A program made the translations under genes and the position numbers. Shown piece after piece: positions 1 to 10,089 of a stretch of 64,000 nt of DNA. The notes beneath the pieces were generated by a model. That model did no database searches, was not told the DNA's origin, and was given only the letters and a program-made list of their open reading frames with translations. Numbering within the stretch: the first letter of the stretch is position 1; every line of letters starts with the position of its first letter. The stretch lies in assembly GCA_964291215.2 (NCBI GenBank), contig OZ219791.1, forward strand, positions 288,001-352,000. The letters are read 5' to 3'. This DNA comes from Alphaproteobacteria bacterium (GTDB lineage Bacteria; Pseudomonadota; Alphaproteobacteria; MPNO01; UBA830).

Positions 1-8
1 GCAGTTAC
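1..8 (-). mobile_element. Outer tip of the left IR of an IS66-MTase element, running off the window
   Basis: GCAGTTAC is identical to the last 8 nt of the '...ggggtgagcagttac' ends at 19950, 30301 and 38017; only 8 nt are visible. Confidence 0.45.
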
Positions 9-1208
9 CCTGTAAATTGACTTGGTCAGGGGTTCGGTAGGCGGCAAGTCTCGCGTCGAACGCGCCGTCGCGGATTCGCAACCGTGTCGTTGCCGTCGCG
101 GCTTCGATGCCGTTGACGCGCAGCGCTTCCAGTTGCGTGAAATACAGTCCGTTGGCCCAGAAATCCCGCAAATAGCCGGTCATGGCGCCGGTGAAGCGGC
201 GTTGTTCCTGATCGAATAGGATGCCTTCCCTCGCGGGGCCGAAGGCTGCGACCGGGTTGGGGGAATTGAACAGGCTGAAACCCGGCGGCACGCGAAAGGC
301 GAAACGCGCTGCCGGATGGAGAAAATCGTGGCCCCGCACGAAACCCTGTTCGCGACCATTACCAAAGACGATTCCCGAGATTTTCGAGAAATAGATATCG
401 CGGGCGGTGATCGGGCCGCTCACATTCACGGCTCTGGCCATCCGTGTGGCGCGCCCGATCCGTTCGATCGGTGCCGGGTGGGTTGCCAGGTAGTTGAACC
501 GGTCGACGGCATCGGGCGGAGCGCCCCGCCGCGACGAATCCCGGAGCCTGGTCAGAAAACGGCCCATGGCATCGGGATCGTACCCGACCCGCGCCAGATA
601 CCGTATGGCCAGCCTGTCGGCCTCGTGCTCGTGTTCGCGGGAGAACGATCTCAACACCCCGGTCGTGGCGAGCTGGGCTAGGTCGTCGTAGCGGCCGTCA
701 CCCAGGACACTCAGCCCGATCATTCCGATTGTTGCGATGACATTCCGGCCGTGGCTCCGGGCGCCGTGCCGGGCGGTGACGTGTCCGATCTCGTAGGCGA
801 GCACGGCGGCGACCTCGGCTTCGTCGTTGGCAAGCGCCAGCAGGCCGCGAGTTAGGTAGATGTACCCCCCGGGCGCCGCGAAGGCGTTGACCGTCGGAGA
901 GTTCAGGATGGTAAAGGTGAATTCGAGATCAGGGAGTTCCGACATGCTGGCCAGGAACCGGCTGATGCTGGCGATATACTCCTTGAGTTCCCGGGACCCG
1001 TATTCGCCGCCGAACATCTTCACGAACTTCGGGTGATTGGCCCGTCCGATGCTGGCCTCGCACTCCGATGGCATGCCGGCCGTGAAGATCCACGAGCCTG
1101 TCGCCGGATCGGTGCTGGTCCAGCCCCCCCCAGCGGAAGCGCGGGGGCTGTTGCCGCGAGGCAGAGAGCGAACGCGTATCGGGTGCAGTTCTCGTATGGC
1201 GAATCCAA
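9..1208 (-). pseudogene. M48-family (BepA/YfgC-like) metalloprotease, frameshifted and probably truncated by the IS end
   Basis: Manual translation gives LNSPTVNAFAAPGGYIYLTRGLL..EAEVAAVLAYEIGHVTARH..SREHEADRL..YLATHP; frame change at the C-run near 1124-1131; HEXXH reads YEIGH. Confidence 0.75.
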
Positions 1209-1329
1209 GTCATTGATTTAACACGGTTGTGCGGTCGCGAGGCAGCAGCGAAAACGGGTTTTCGTGACAATCGCCCGTTTCAGGACAGGATTTTGTCACG
1301 ACCCCCGCGGCATCGACAGGGTGATCCGG

Positions 1330-1692
1330 GCGCTGCGCCACCTTCGCGACACCAACGGGCCAACATCGACAGGGAACTGTCCTTCTTCCGCAAGCATCGC
1401 CACCGCATGCGCTACCACGCGCTGAAGCAACCGGCTCGGGAATTGTCGAGGCGGCGACCCTCGTCACACAGCGCATGAAACGCTCCGGCATGCGCTGGCG
1501 CATCGTCGGCGGACAATCACCTTCCGCGCCCTGCTCGAATCCGGCCGCTTCGAGAGCGCGTGGACGGCCATGATCGGTGCAGACGACGCACCGGCCAACG
1601 ACAACATCAGCCCAAATCACACCCCGGCACTGGCCGCATGAGATGAACAAATGGTACTGAGCCTGCAACCGTGCCATACGAAACTCTCACCC
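1330..1692 (+). mobile_element. ISKra4/ISLre2-like transposase C-terminal remnant
   Basis: Broken frames give FFRKHRHRMRY..GSGIVEAA..LVTQRMKRSGMRW..FRALLESGRFESAW. Confidence 0.6.
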
Positions 1693-1965
1693 CGCGTATC
1701 CGGCAGCCTTCAAGGGTCCGCCTCCCTGTCTGTTCTCGTCTTGCCGCGCTCCGGGACGCGGATCCGGCTCCCGGTCGGCCTGTCCCACTCCCTTTTCATT
1801 CCAGATCGTTACCACCGTTTCCCAGAAAGCGAAATCTGCCGGTAACTGCTCACCCCCTGGTTCCGGCTTGATGTCGGGGTAGAGCAACAAACGGGTTTTC
1901 GTGGAGATTTGATACTGCAGGCCGATTCGTTTAGTGGTGGTAATCGAGAACGACGGGGACCGCCA

Positions 1966-2094
1966 GTGGGCTACTTTGGATCGAAGGCGACGAGCGGGCT
2001 GTGCCAGCTACTTCCGGGGCTCCAGCCCCCGCATGATCTGTATGTGGAAACGCATCTCGGAAACGGCGCGCTAATGAAGCGCAAGGCCGGGTGA
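1966..2094 (+). pseudogene. N-terminal remnant of the IS-borne adenine MTase
   Basis: VGYFGSKATSGLCQ..PPHDLYVETHLGNGALMKRK, followed by a deletion to the stop codon. Confidence 0.8.
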
Positions 2095-5005
2095 TGGCGA
2101 CGGTCAACGCGGCGCGCGAGGAGTTCGAAGCGGCCAAGACCGCGGCGCTGCCGGCAAGGTGGCGGAAGAGGCCGTCATCCGCGTCCTCCTGCTCGACATC
2201 ATCATCGTCGTCCTTCTGGAGAAGACCACGCACGAGCCGGAACTCCGGTCTGCCGCCGTCACAGACGGACAAGAGCGTGCCGGGAGCAACGGCAAGGGCC
2301 CGAAGCCGAACCGGCAGATGGGCGACAACCTGCCATCGTCGAGGAGACGGTCGCGGCCTGCGACGCCTGCGGCGCTGACGGCCCCGTCGATCGGGAGCGC
2401 CGCGTCCTCTATGACATCGTGTTCGAGGTCGTCGAGCGCCGCGCCGAGATCAAGGAATGCCCGAAGTGCAAGGCCCGGGGCCGGTTCCCCGACAACATCC
2501 CGTGCAGTACGGCATCGGCATCCAGGCCCTCGTTATCAACCTGCTGGTCGCCCAGATGCTATCCCTGCGCCGTCGCGCTCGTGCAGGCGATTTCCGGCAT
2601 CAAGCTCTCCGAGGCAACCTGCCTCGGCTATGCTTTCACGATGCGTCATGGGAGGAGGCCGCCGTGGCGCACCTCCTGCAACGCCCGATGTCGACGATTT
2701 CGGATCAACAGCAAGTGGCTCCATGTCGTGGGACCCTGACGTGCAAGTTCCCGCACCGCAAGCGCGGGCAAGAGATCGGCCCGTGCTACAAGGGCGTCCT
2801 GGGCCTCGTACATGGGCCAGTGTAGCCACCAGCTGTGCGGCAGCCACCTGCTGCGCGAACTGACCTTTGTCGTCGAGGCTACCGCGCGACTGATGAAGAG
2901 CCTGCTCCGCGAGGTCTGCCACAAGGTCAACAAGAGCGCATCCAAAACCCTGAACGACGCCGGGCGCAAGCGCTACCGCACCATCAGGGCGCCAGGGAAC
3001 TGCCCGACATTCCGCCGCCGACGAAAGGAAAACGCATCGCAAACGCGCACAACCTGCACGAACGTCTCGTGAAACACGAAAACCTGCGCTTCACAGACGA
3101 CCATTGCGGTAGGGAACCGGGTTGCCCCGGTCCCCCCGCACAGAACCGGACATGCGCTGTTCGCATCCGGCTCCTCCCCTGACGACAAGGCGCTGGTTTG
3201 GCCACGGGTGGCGGATGCTGGCTCAGTGGGCGGCGGCAAGGGTGTCTATGTCCCCGGTGAAGTCCTTTTGGGAGCGTCGCCGAAGGGCACGCATGAGCAG
3301 CCGTTTGCATTGGTGTATGAACCCCTGCAGGGATTGACTGCTTCCCGGGACGGCGTAGTAGCAGCCGTTGATAACTCACCACTTGGCCGTTTCGTGCCGG
3401 TTGTCGTGCCATCGCATGCGCAAGGCCCCCTTGATCCGCCGCAGGGTGCCCGTTTGCGAGACGGTTTGCGACCGACCCTGAACCTGCCTTTCCTCGTCTG
3501 TTCGCAGAAGTGCGTCATGCCGAGGAAGTCGAACGTCTTGCCCTGCTTCCGGCGGTTCGCTCTGGCAAACCGACCGAACTCGATGATTTTCCGGGTGCAG
3601 TTCAAGTGGGCCAGCCTCTCCCCAAGGTCCCGGAGAAAGCGCTGCGCATCGCCCAGATGCTGAAAGCCGCACACGAAGTCGTCCGCATAATGATCGTGTC
3701 GCCTCCAGCCATCCGCTTGCGCCAGTGGTTCTGGAACCAGTCGCACGTAGTGCAGGTAAACGTTCGCGAGGCAGGGCGATACAATCGCCCCCTGCGGTGT
3801 TCCCTTGCCAGTCGGTCCCTTCCATGACGCCGGCGTCACTTGATGATCAGCCGGATAACCCCCCGATCCGTTTCTCGAGCATCGCAATCAGATGGTCGCG
3901 GTCGAGATTGTCGAAGAACCCACGGGCGTCAACGATCCAGTTGACCTTCCGCCGTTCCACCGTGACGGCGTCGAGCGCGTGATGCGTCCCGCGCCCCGGC
4001 CGGAAACCGTAGCTGAAACCGAGGAACTCCGTTTCGTAGAGCGGCACCAGAATCACACTGCCCGCTGAAGAATCTTGTCCGAGGCAATGCCAAGCGGTCG
4101 TTGCCCTCCATCCTCCTTGGGAATGTAGACCCCGGAGGCGCTCGGTACGCACCCCTGTGCACACGGTCGTGTAGGTCAACCAGTTCCACACCTTCCGCGT
4201 ACGCTTGCCACACAACGCCCCGCCGCCGCGTCCTTCCTCAAGGAATGGAACGCGTCGTGCAGGACATCACGTGGTGGAGTAAAGACGCTCTTCCGGGTTC
4301 CTCTTCGCTACCTGCGTTCAGCCGCCTGTGACCCCCGCTTCTGCGCGCGGCGCGGGCCAATCGCATTGCCCTTCCCTCCAGCAACTCCGCAGGCTCCGGA
4401 GAACCTTTGTTCGCTGCCTTCAGCGGTACTATGGCCGAATCTGACTTCTCGTTCATCATCGGTTTACGGAATAGTTCCTTTCCTCTGCGGCCCCTCCACG
4501 ACAGAGGGGCAAGACCTCCCAGGTCCCTGCTTCGGCCATGGTTCTCGGACCCCGCGGAGCCCCCCTCACCAACGCGGCTTGCGGGGTGTTGCCTTCGGCC
4601 ACGACCTCGGCACTCCGGTTTCAAAGCATCTCGTGGCTCAATAGCCCGGCCCACGCCTGCCGCTCCCCAACGCGTCGCCTGACGCCTCACGACGCATGGT
4701 TCACGGAGAAAGTGGTGGTTAGCCTCTCTTCCTGCCGGGACTTGCACCCGGCAACATTCCACCAGTTAGCCTGGCGCACCCGACGTCAGCTTCACCAACA
4801 ATGCCGGAGAACGGAAGATCAGGATGGCAAAGGTCAAGGTGTCCGGATGCTTCCGCTCCACGCAAAAGCATGGTGCCGGGGCTCGAGCTACCTCACCTCC
4901 ATGGCCGCACTCGGCTACAACCCACTCGTCGCCACCCAGATCGCCTTCGACGGAAAAGCCGCAGACATCATCAACGAGCACTACGACCAATCAGAACCCA
5001 ACTAG
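2094..5005 (+). pseudogene. tnpC: IS66 TnpC transposase, multiply frameshifted and split by the intron
   Basis: SRNSGLPPSQTD, Zn-finger C/H remnants, PVQYG, HQLCGSHLLREL, FTNNAGE..IRMAKVKVSGCFRS. Confidence 0.8.
3103..4779 (-). mobile_element. ltrA: Group II intron (copy 1) with eroded RT/maturase ORF
   Basis: 5' end GTGCG at 4779; domain V/VI GAGCCGGATGCG..GTCCGGTTCTGTGCGGGGGG..CCCTACCGCAAT ending at 3103; RT motifs SYGFRPGR, GTPQG, YADDFV; removing it restores gacgaccccgacgtcagc, matching the uninterrupted tnpC of copy G. Confidence 0.9.
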
Positions 5006-5186
5006 GGGTGAGTAGATACATCTGCCGGACTGCGTCCCCTGGGAGTCCTGCAGCCCGGCAGTTCAGGAACGATGCCATCATTTGCCTCAAATTTTTCCGT
5101 CGCTACTATAACATCGGCGCCCGGGTCTGTGACTGCATGCTGGAGACCGGAGCGGGCATTCCGATACAGACAGCCGAGTAAACAGG

Positions 5187-6155
5187 TTGATCCGAGACAG
5201 CCTTTTTCCACCTGTAGAGCCCCATTTGACCGGCATGCTCCGTGTCGATTCGATCCACGAAATCTACTGGGAACAGTCTGGTCGCGCGGACGGTGTGCCG
5301 GTGATGTTTCTGCATGGGGGGCCTGGCGCCGGCACGACATCGGCGCAGCGCCGTTTCTTCGATCCTGAGGCTTGGCGAATCGTCCTCTTCGACCAGCGCG
5401 GCGCAGGCCGTTCACGTCCGCGCGGCGAGCTTCAGCACAACACCACCACGCATCTTGTCGAGGACATCGAACAGCTCAGAAAGCATCTCGGGATCGACCG
5501 TTTCGTTCTCTTCGGCGGTTCGTGGGGCAGCACGCTGGCGCTATGCTACGCGGAGGCGTTCCCGGAGAACTGCCTCGGGCTCGTGCTGCGCGGGATATTC
5601 CTCGGCCGCCGGAAGGAAGTGGAATGGTTCCTTTGCGGTCTTCGCGCGGTGTTTCCGGAGGCATGGAACGAGCTGGTGTCGGTGCTGCCAGAAGGCTCGC
5701 GAGATGACGTTCTCGGAAGCTTCGGCCAGCGCCTTTTCGATCCCGATCCCGCTGTTCATCTGCCGGCCGCCCGCGCATGGAGCCGGTACGAAGGATCGTG
5801 CTCGACGCTGCTGCCGAGTCCCGAGACGCTCGCCGCGTTCGGCGAAGACGACATGGCCTATGCCCTGGCCAAGATCGAGGTGCATTACTTCGTCAACGAC
5901 AACTTCCTTGGCGAGAACGAGTTGCTTTCCAATCTCGACGCGGTGACGCATCTGCCCTGCACCATCATTCAGGGCCGTTACGACATGATTTGCCCGATGA
6001 CCTCGGCATATGAACTGCATGGCTCCTGGCCGGGTTCCGAGCTGCTCGTCGTCCCCGACGCCGGGCATTCGGCGATGGACCCCGGGATCCGGACGGTGCT
6101 GGTCCGAACCACTGAAAAATGGAAATCGGCATTCGATGTGACCGGTCCGCGCTGA
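5187..6155 (+). CDS. pip: Proline iminopeptidase
   Basis: FLHGGPGAG, FDQRGAGRS, GGSWGSTL, QGRYDMICP, AGHS. Confidence 0.95.
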   Translation: MIRDSLFPPVEPHLTGMLRVDSIHEIYWEQSGRADGVPVMFLHGGPGAGTTSAQRRFFDPEAWRIVLFDQRGAGRSRPRGELQHNTTTHLVEDIEQLRKHLGIDRFVLFGGSWGSTLALCYAEAFPENCLGLVLRGIFLGRRKEVEWFLCGLRAVFPEAWNELVSVLPEGSRDDVLGSFGQRLFDPDPAVHLPAARAWSRYEGSCSTLLPSPETLAAFGEDDMAYALAKIEVHYFVNDNFLGENELLSNLDAVTHLPCTIIQGRYDMICPMTSAYELHGSWPGSELLVVPDAGHSAMDPGIRTVLVRTTEKWKSAFDVTGPR

Positions 6156-6353
6156 TCCCGGGGAGATGTCCCGGTACATGTTCGTGCTGTCCGCGAGCTG
6201 GCGGAGCAGGCACAGGGCTTCGGCATCTTCTGGCAGGACCGGATCGGCTGCATCCAGCCCTCGTTCGGGGATTTTCGGATTCTCCGGGGCCGTGACAAGA
6301 CCGCCAGGGTTCATTGCCTCCCGATATCCGCTATAAACGGTTCATCCGTTGTC

Positions 6354-6430
6354 GGCCCCGTAGCTCAGTAGGATAGAGCGGCGGATTCCTAATCCGTAGG
6401 TCGGGGGTTCGAATCCCTCCGGGGTCGCCA
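6354..6430 (+). tRNA. tRNA-Arg(CCT)
   Basis: 77-nt cloverleaf GGCCCCGTAGCTCAGTAGGATAGAGC..TTCCTAA..GGTTCGAATCC..GCCA. Confidence 0.95.
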
Positions 6431-6879
6431 CTCTCCGTCGCGTCATCCCGAGCTGGCGGAAGCCCTTGAGGCGGTCGCGCTCTTCGCAGAGTTCACGGTC
6501 CCGACCCTGGTGTCCCAACATGCTGCGTCGGCAACGGACCGGCTCCGGAATCAGGGTTTTCGCTGCGCCGCGGTAAGACACCTTGTCCGGTCCTGGCATA
6601 AGATGCCACCGATGCCTGCCGGATCCGTGGCTGGTTGTCAGGATGCGCTCCCGGATCCGCTGCGATCGCCATCCGTGCCGGCGATCGCGGTTCAGGAAGC
6701 CCCTTGGGTCCTCGGGGGGCGAAATGCGACAATCCCGCCGCCCGGGCGCTCGATCCGATCTTTCCCGGGAGCCGGGTTTCAGCTATTCTTCCGGGCTGAC
6801 AAAGGTGAGCTTCCGACAGACGGCATGCGCGCCGGTGCGTTGCCCGCAGGGTGTGCACCAGGACACGGAGGGCTGTTCA

Positions 6880-7359
6880 ATGGCACTTGCGACATTCGGA
6901 GCCGGCTGCTTCTGGGGCGTCGAGGCGGCCTTTCGCAAGATGGACGGGGTTACCGCGACATCGGTCGGCTACATGGGCGGGCATGTCCCCGACGTCAACT
7001 ATGGCATGGTCTGCACGGGAACGACCGGACACGCCGAGGTCGTTCAGGTCGAGTTCGATCCTGACCGGGTATCCTACGAGGACCTCTTGCAGACCTTTTG
7101 GTCGTGCCACGACCCGACCCAGGTCAACCGCCAGGGACCGGACATTGGAACGCAGTACCGTACCGTGATCTTCTGCCATGACGACGCGCAGGCAGCAGCC
7201 GCCGAGACCTCGAAACAGGCCCTTGAGGGCCACGGATATCCGATCGCGACGAAGATCGAACCGGTGTCGGATTACTGGATCGCCGAAGACTACCACCAGC
7301 AATATTTCGAGAAGCAGGGCGCGCACCACCGCTCGCGCCTGTTCGGCATGTTCAGGTGA
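6880..7359 (+). CDS. msrA: Peptide-methionine (S)-S-oxide reductase
   Basis: [40 protein letters not shown]; RBS GGAGG upstream. Confidence 0.95.
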   Translation: MALATFGAGCFWGVEAAFRKMDGVTATSVGYMGGHVPDVNYGMVCTGTTGHAEVVQVEFDPDRVSYEDLLQTFWSCHDPTQVNRQGPDIGTQYRTVIFCHDDAQAAAAETSKQALEGHGYPIATKIEPVSDYWIAEDYHQQYFEKQGAHHRSRLFGMFR

Positions 7360-7743
7360 CGCCGGTCACAAGACGGTTTTTCGGCAATTTTCCGGCCCCT
7401 GACCGGGGCCGCTGGCCAGGGATCCGTCCCGCGGTCAGGCTCTGCGAGCTCCCGGCAGAGCTTGCGCCGTGGTCCTCTTCTGCCGGCTGATCAGCCGGCG
7501 GACTGCCCGCTAGCCGTGCGCTCGGTCATCCGCGCCGTCGATTCCGCCGTCTGGTGGTAGAGAGGCTCCCGCTCTTCATCCTTCCGGCGGCGTGCTGCGC
7601 CCAGGGCTCTTCTTTTGTAACTACCCAGGTACCCTGCCAAGTGTGAGAGCTTGCTGATTTTGTTCGCCGTGTCGCTGCTCTCGGCCTTGACTGCATAGGC
7701 GCGCGCGCCTATGGGTTGCCCTCTCGCATGGGAGGAGCGGCTG

Positions 7744-8403
7744 GTGGGGTATTTCGGATCGAAGGCGACGACGGGTCTGAGCCAGGCGCTGATTGCGCTG
7801 ATGCCGCCGCACTCTGTCTATATCGAGAGTCACCTGGGGGGCGGTGCGCTGATGAAGCGCAAGCCTGCTGCCGTGCGCTCGATCGGGATCGACCTCGATG
7901 AGCGGGCGCTTGAGGCCTTTGGCTGCGACTACCCGGTGGAGTTGGTGCATGGCTGCGCCCACTCCTTTCTGGCGTCGTTTGCGTTTCTGGGCCCGGAGCT
8001 GGTCTACAGCGATCCGCCCTATCTGCACGCGACCCGGCGTTCGTCGCAGCGCTACCGCTTCGAGTATGCGGAGGCCGACCACGTCGCGCTGCTTGAGCTG
8101 CTCAAGGGTCTGCCCTGCCAGGTGATGGTCTCGGGCCACCCGTCTGCGCTCTATGACGACCTGCTGTCGGGCTGGCGCCGGCTGGCGCTGCAGGTGACGA
8201 CCCAGGCCCGGGTGCGGACCGAGGTGGTGTGGTTCAACTTCGCGCCCGACCGGGTGCACTGGGCGCGCTTCGCCGGCCGGAACTTCACCGACCGCCAGCG
8301 CATCAAGCGCAAGGCGGCCAACTGGGGCCGGCTCTACGAGGCCATGCCGGCGGGCGAACGCCTGGCGGTGCTGGCCGCGATCATGGCCGTCGAGGTCCCG
8401 TGA
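7744..8403 (+). CDS. N6-adenine DNA methyltransferase, Dam/D12 alpha-class-like, about 219 aa, intact ORF
   Basis: Motif X YFGSK, motif I-like ESHLGGG, IGIDLD, motif IV VYSDPPY, later MVS and EVVWFNF; GTG start after GGAGGAG at 7731-7737. Confidence 0.85.
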   Translation: MGYFGSKATTGLSQALIALMPPHSVYIESHLGGGALMKRKPAAVRSIGIDLDERALEAFGCDYPVELVHGCAHSFLASFAFLGPELVYSDPPYLHATRRSSQRYRFEYAEADHVALLELLKGLPCQVMVSGHPSALYDDLLSGWRRLALQVTTQARVRTEVVWFNFAPDRVHWARFAGRNFTDRQRIKRKAANWGRLYEAMPAGERLAVLAAIMAVEVP

Positions 8404-8471
8404 CGGTGGCGCGAGGACCTCGCCGGCCACGACGAGGCTTTTGCGTGCCTGCAGGACCTTTTCACCCCACA

Positions 8472-9877
8472 ATGCCTGGCGATGACGGTCATCAAAGCCA
8501 TCCGGGCCAGGGGCTGCTGCGCCTGAGCGCGGCGCTGGTCAGGGAGAACGACGCGCTGGAGCGGGAGAACGCCCACTTGCGCGAGCGGATTGCCGAACTC
8601 GAGCGCAGTGCCGCGCTCGACAGCACCACCAGCTCCCGGTCGCCGGCCAGCGACGGTCTGAAGAAGAAGAGCGGACCCCAGCGCACCCGGAGCGGCACGT
8701 CCGACAGGCGGCGGCCAGCCACAAGGGAACCACTCTGGAGCGGACCGCGACGCCCGACCACGTCGTCGATCATGATCCCTGCGCCTGTGCGGGCTGCGGC
8801 GCGCCGCTGTCGGCCGCTGAGCGTCACCGAGCCCCCGTCTGCCGGCAGGTCTTCGATGTGCCGCAGCCCCTTGAGGTCACCGAGCACCGCTGCCTCTGTG
8901 CCGCCTGCGGCACCGTGACGACAGCCGTCTTCCCGAACGGCGCCCCGGTCCAGTACGGGCCGCGTATCACCGCGTGGGGGACCTACCTGCTGCACGCGCA
9001 GTTCATTCCGGAGAAGCGCGTCGCCGAAGTCATGAGCGACCTCTTCGCGGTCAGGCTCTCAACCGCCACCATCGCCGCCATGGGCAGACGCACCGCCCGG
9101 CGCTTCGAGGGCTTCCTCGACCGTGTCGGCGAGATCATCCGCACCGCGGCCCCGGTCAAACACCTCGACGAGACCGGCATCCGCATCGCCGCCCGGACCC
9201 AATGGCTCCACGTACTGTGCACCCCGTTGCTGACCATCCTGCGCATCGCCGCCGGGCGCAGCCACATCGACGAGAAGCTCAACGGCATCGTCATCCATGA
9301 CGACTACGCCACCTACTTCGCTCTCCAAGGCGTGCGCCACGGGGCCTGCAATGCCCATCACCTGCGCGAACTCCAAGCCCTGATCGAGATCGAGAACTGG
9401 GCAGCCACCACGCACCCGCTCCTCAGCCGTGCCAACAGAGCCGCCCGCTTCGCCCGCAAGAATGACCGCGACCTGCCCGCTTCACTGGTGGCCCGCATCT
9501 CCCGAGCCTGGGACCGCATCCTTGAGCAGGCCATCGCCTCTCACGAAGAGATGGCGCCCCTCCAGAGCGGAAAGCACGGACGACAAAAGCGCCGCATCGG
9601 TCACAACCTCGCCCTCCGGCTCCAGAAATACAAGGAGGGCTGCCTGCGCTTCCTCACCGACCCGAGAACCCCCTTCTCGAACAACCAGGCCGAGCGCGAC
9701 CTCCGCATGGGCAAGCTGCGCCAGAAAATCTCGGGCGGCTTCCGATCAATGCAAGGCGCCCGCGACTTCGCCAGCCTGCGTTCCGTCATCGCAACAGCCC
9801 GAAAGCAACGCTGGAATGTCCTCGAAACCCTGGCGCATCCCGATCCCATGCAGCTGATCCCGAGACTGCGCCTCTGA
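8472..9877 (+). pseudogene. tnpC: IS66 TnpC transposase; N-terminal frameshifts, DDE region continuous from 8858 to 9877
   Basis: Coiled coil LRERIAELE, DSTTSSRSPASD, PVQYGPR, HLDETG, IHDDY, CNAHHLREL, FSNNQAERDLRMGKLRQKISGGFRS. Confidence 0.85.
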
Positions 9878-10089
9878 AATCCCCCGCCGCTCGCCTCCGC
9901 GTCCGCGGCAGCAGACCGGAAGCTTCAGTCCATAACCCGTGGCTGATCGCCGGAAGCAGACCTGGGCAGTTACCTTCTTTTTTCCGGTTTCGTCCGACGA
10001 GGGGGTGTTGTATGCAGATCTGGAGGTCCATTCGGGAGCGGATTTCGTTGTCGATATGTCGGTTCCGACCTTGAGACGGTGCCACCAAC

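Larger units (their letters stand above)
1842..5019 (+). mobile_element. IS66-family element (copy A): deleted MTase plus eroded tnpC, interrupted by a group II intron
   Basis: IRs GTAACTGCTCACCCC and GGGGTGAGTAGATAC; 8-bp TSD ATCTGCCG at 1834-1841 and 5020-5027. Confidence 0.9.
7617..9973 (+). mobile_element. IS66-family TnpC-only element carrying a DNA adenine MTase (copy B, best preserved)
   Basis: IRs GTAACTACCCAGGT and ACCTGGGCAGTTAC (13/14 match); 8-bp TSD CTTCTTTT at 7609-7616 and 9974-9981. Confidence 0.92.

Noticed and set aside
3103-4779. RT as a retron, DGR or defence RT
   Set aside because: It has group II intron termini and domain V/VI, and precise removal restores the host gene.
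6354-6430. tRNA-Arg as the attachment site of an island
   Set aside because: No integrase and no duplicated tRNA 3' end were seen in the window.
7744-8403. MTase as part of a restriction-modification system or prophage
   Set aside because: No endonuclease or phage genes are nearby, and it lies inside IS IRs and a TSD.
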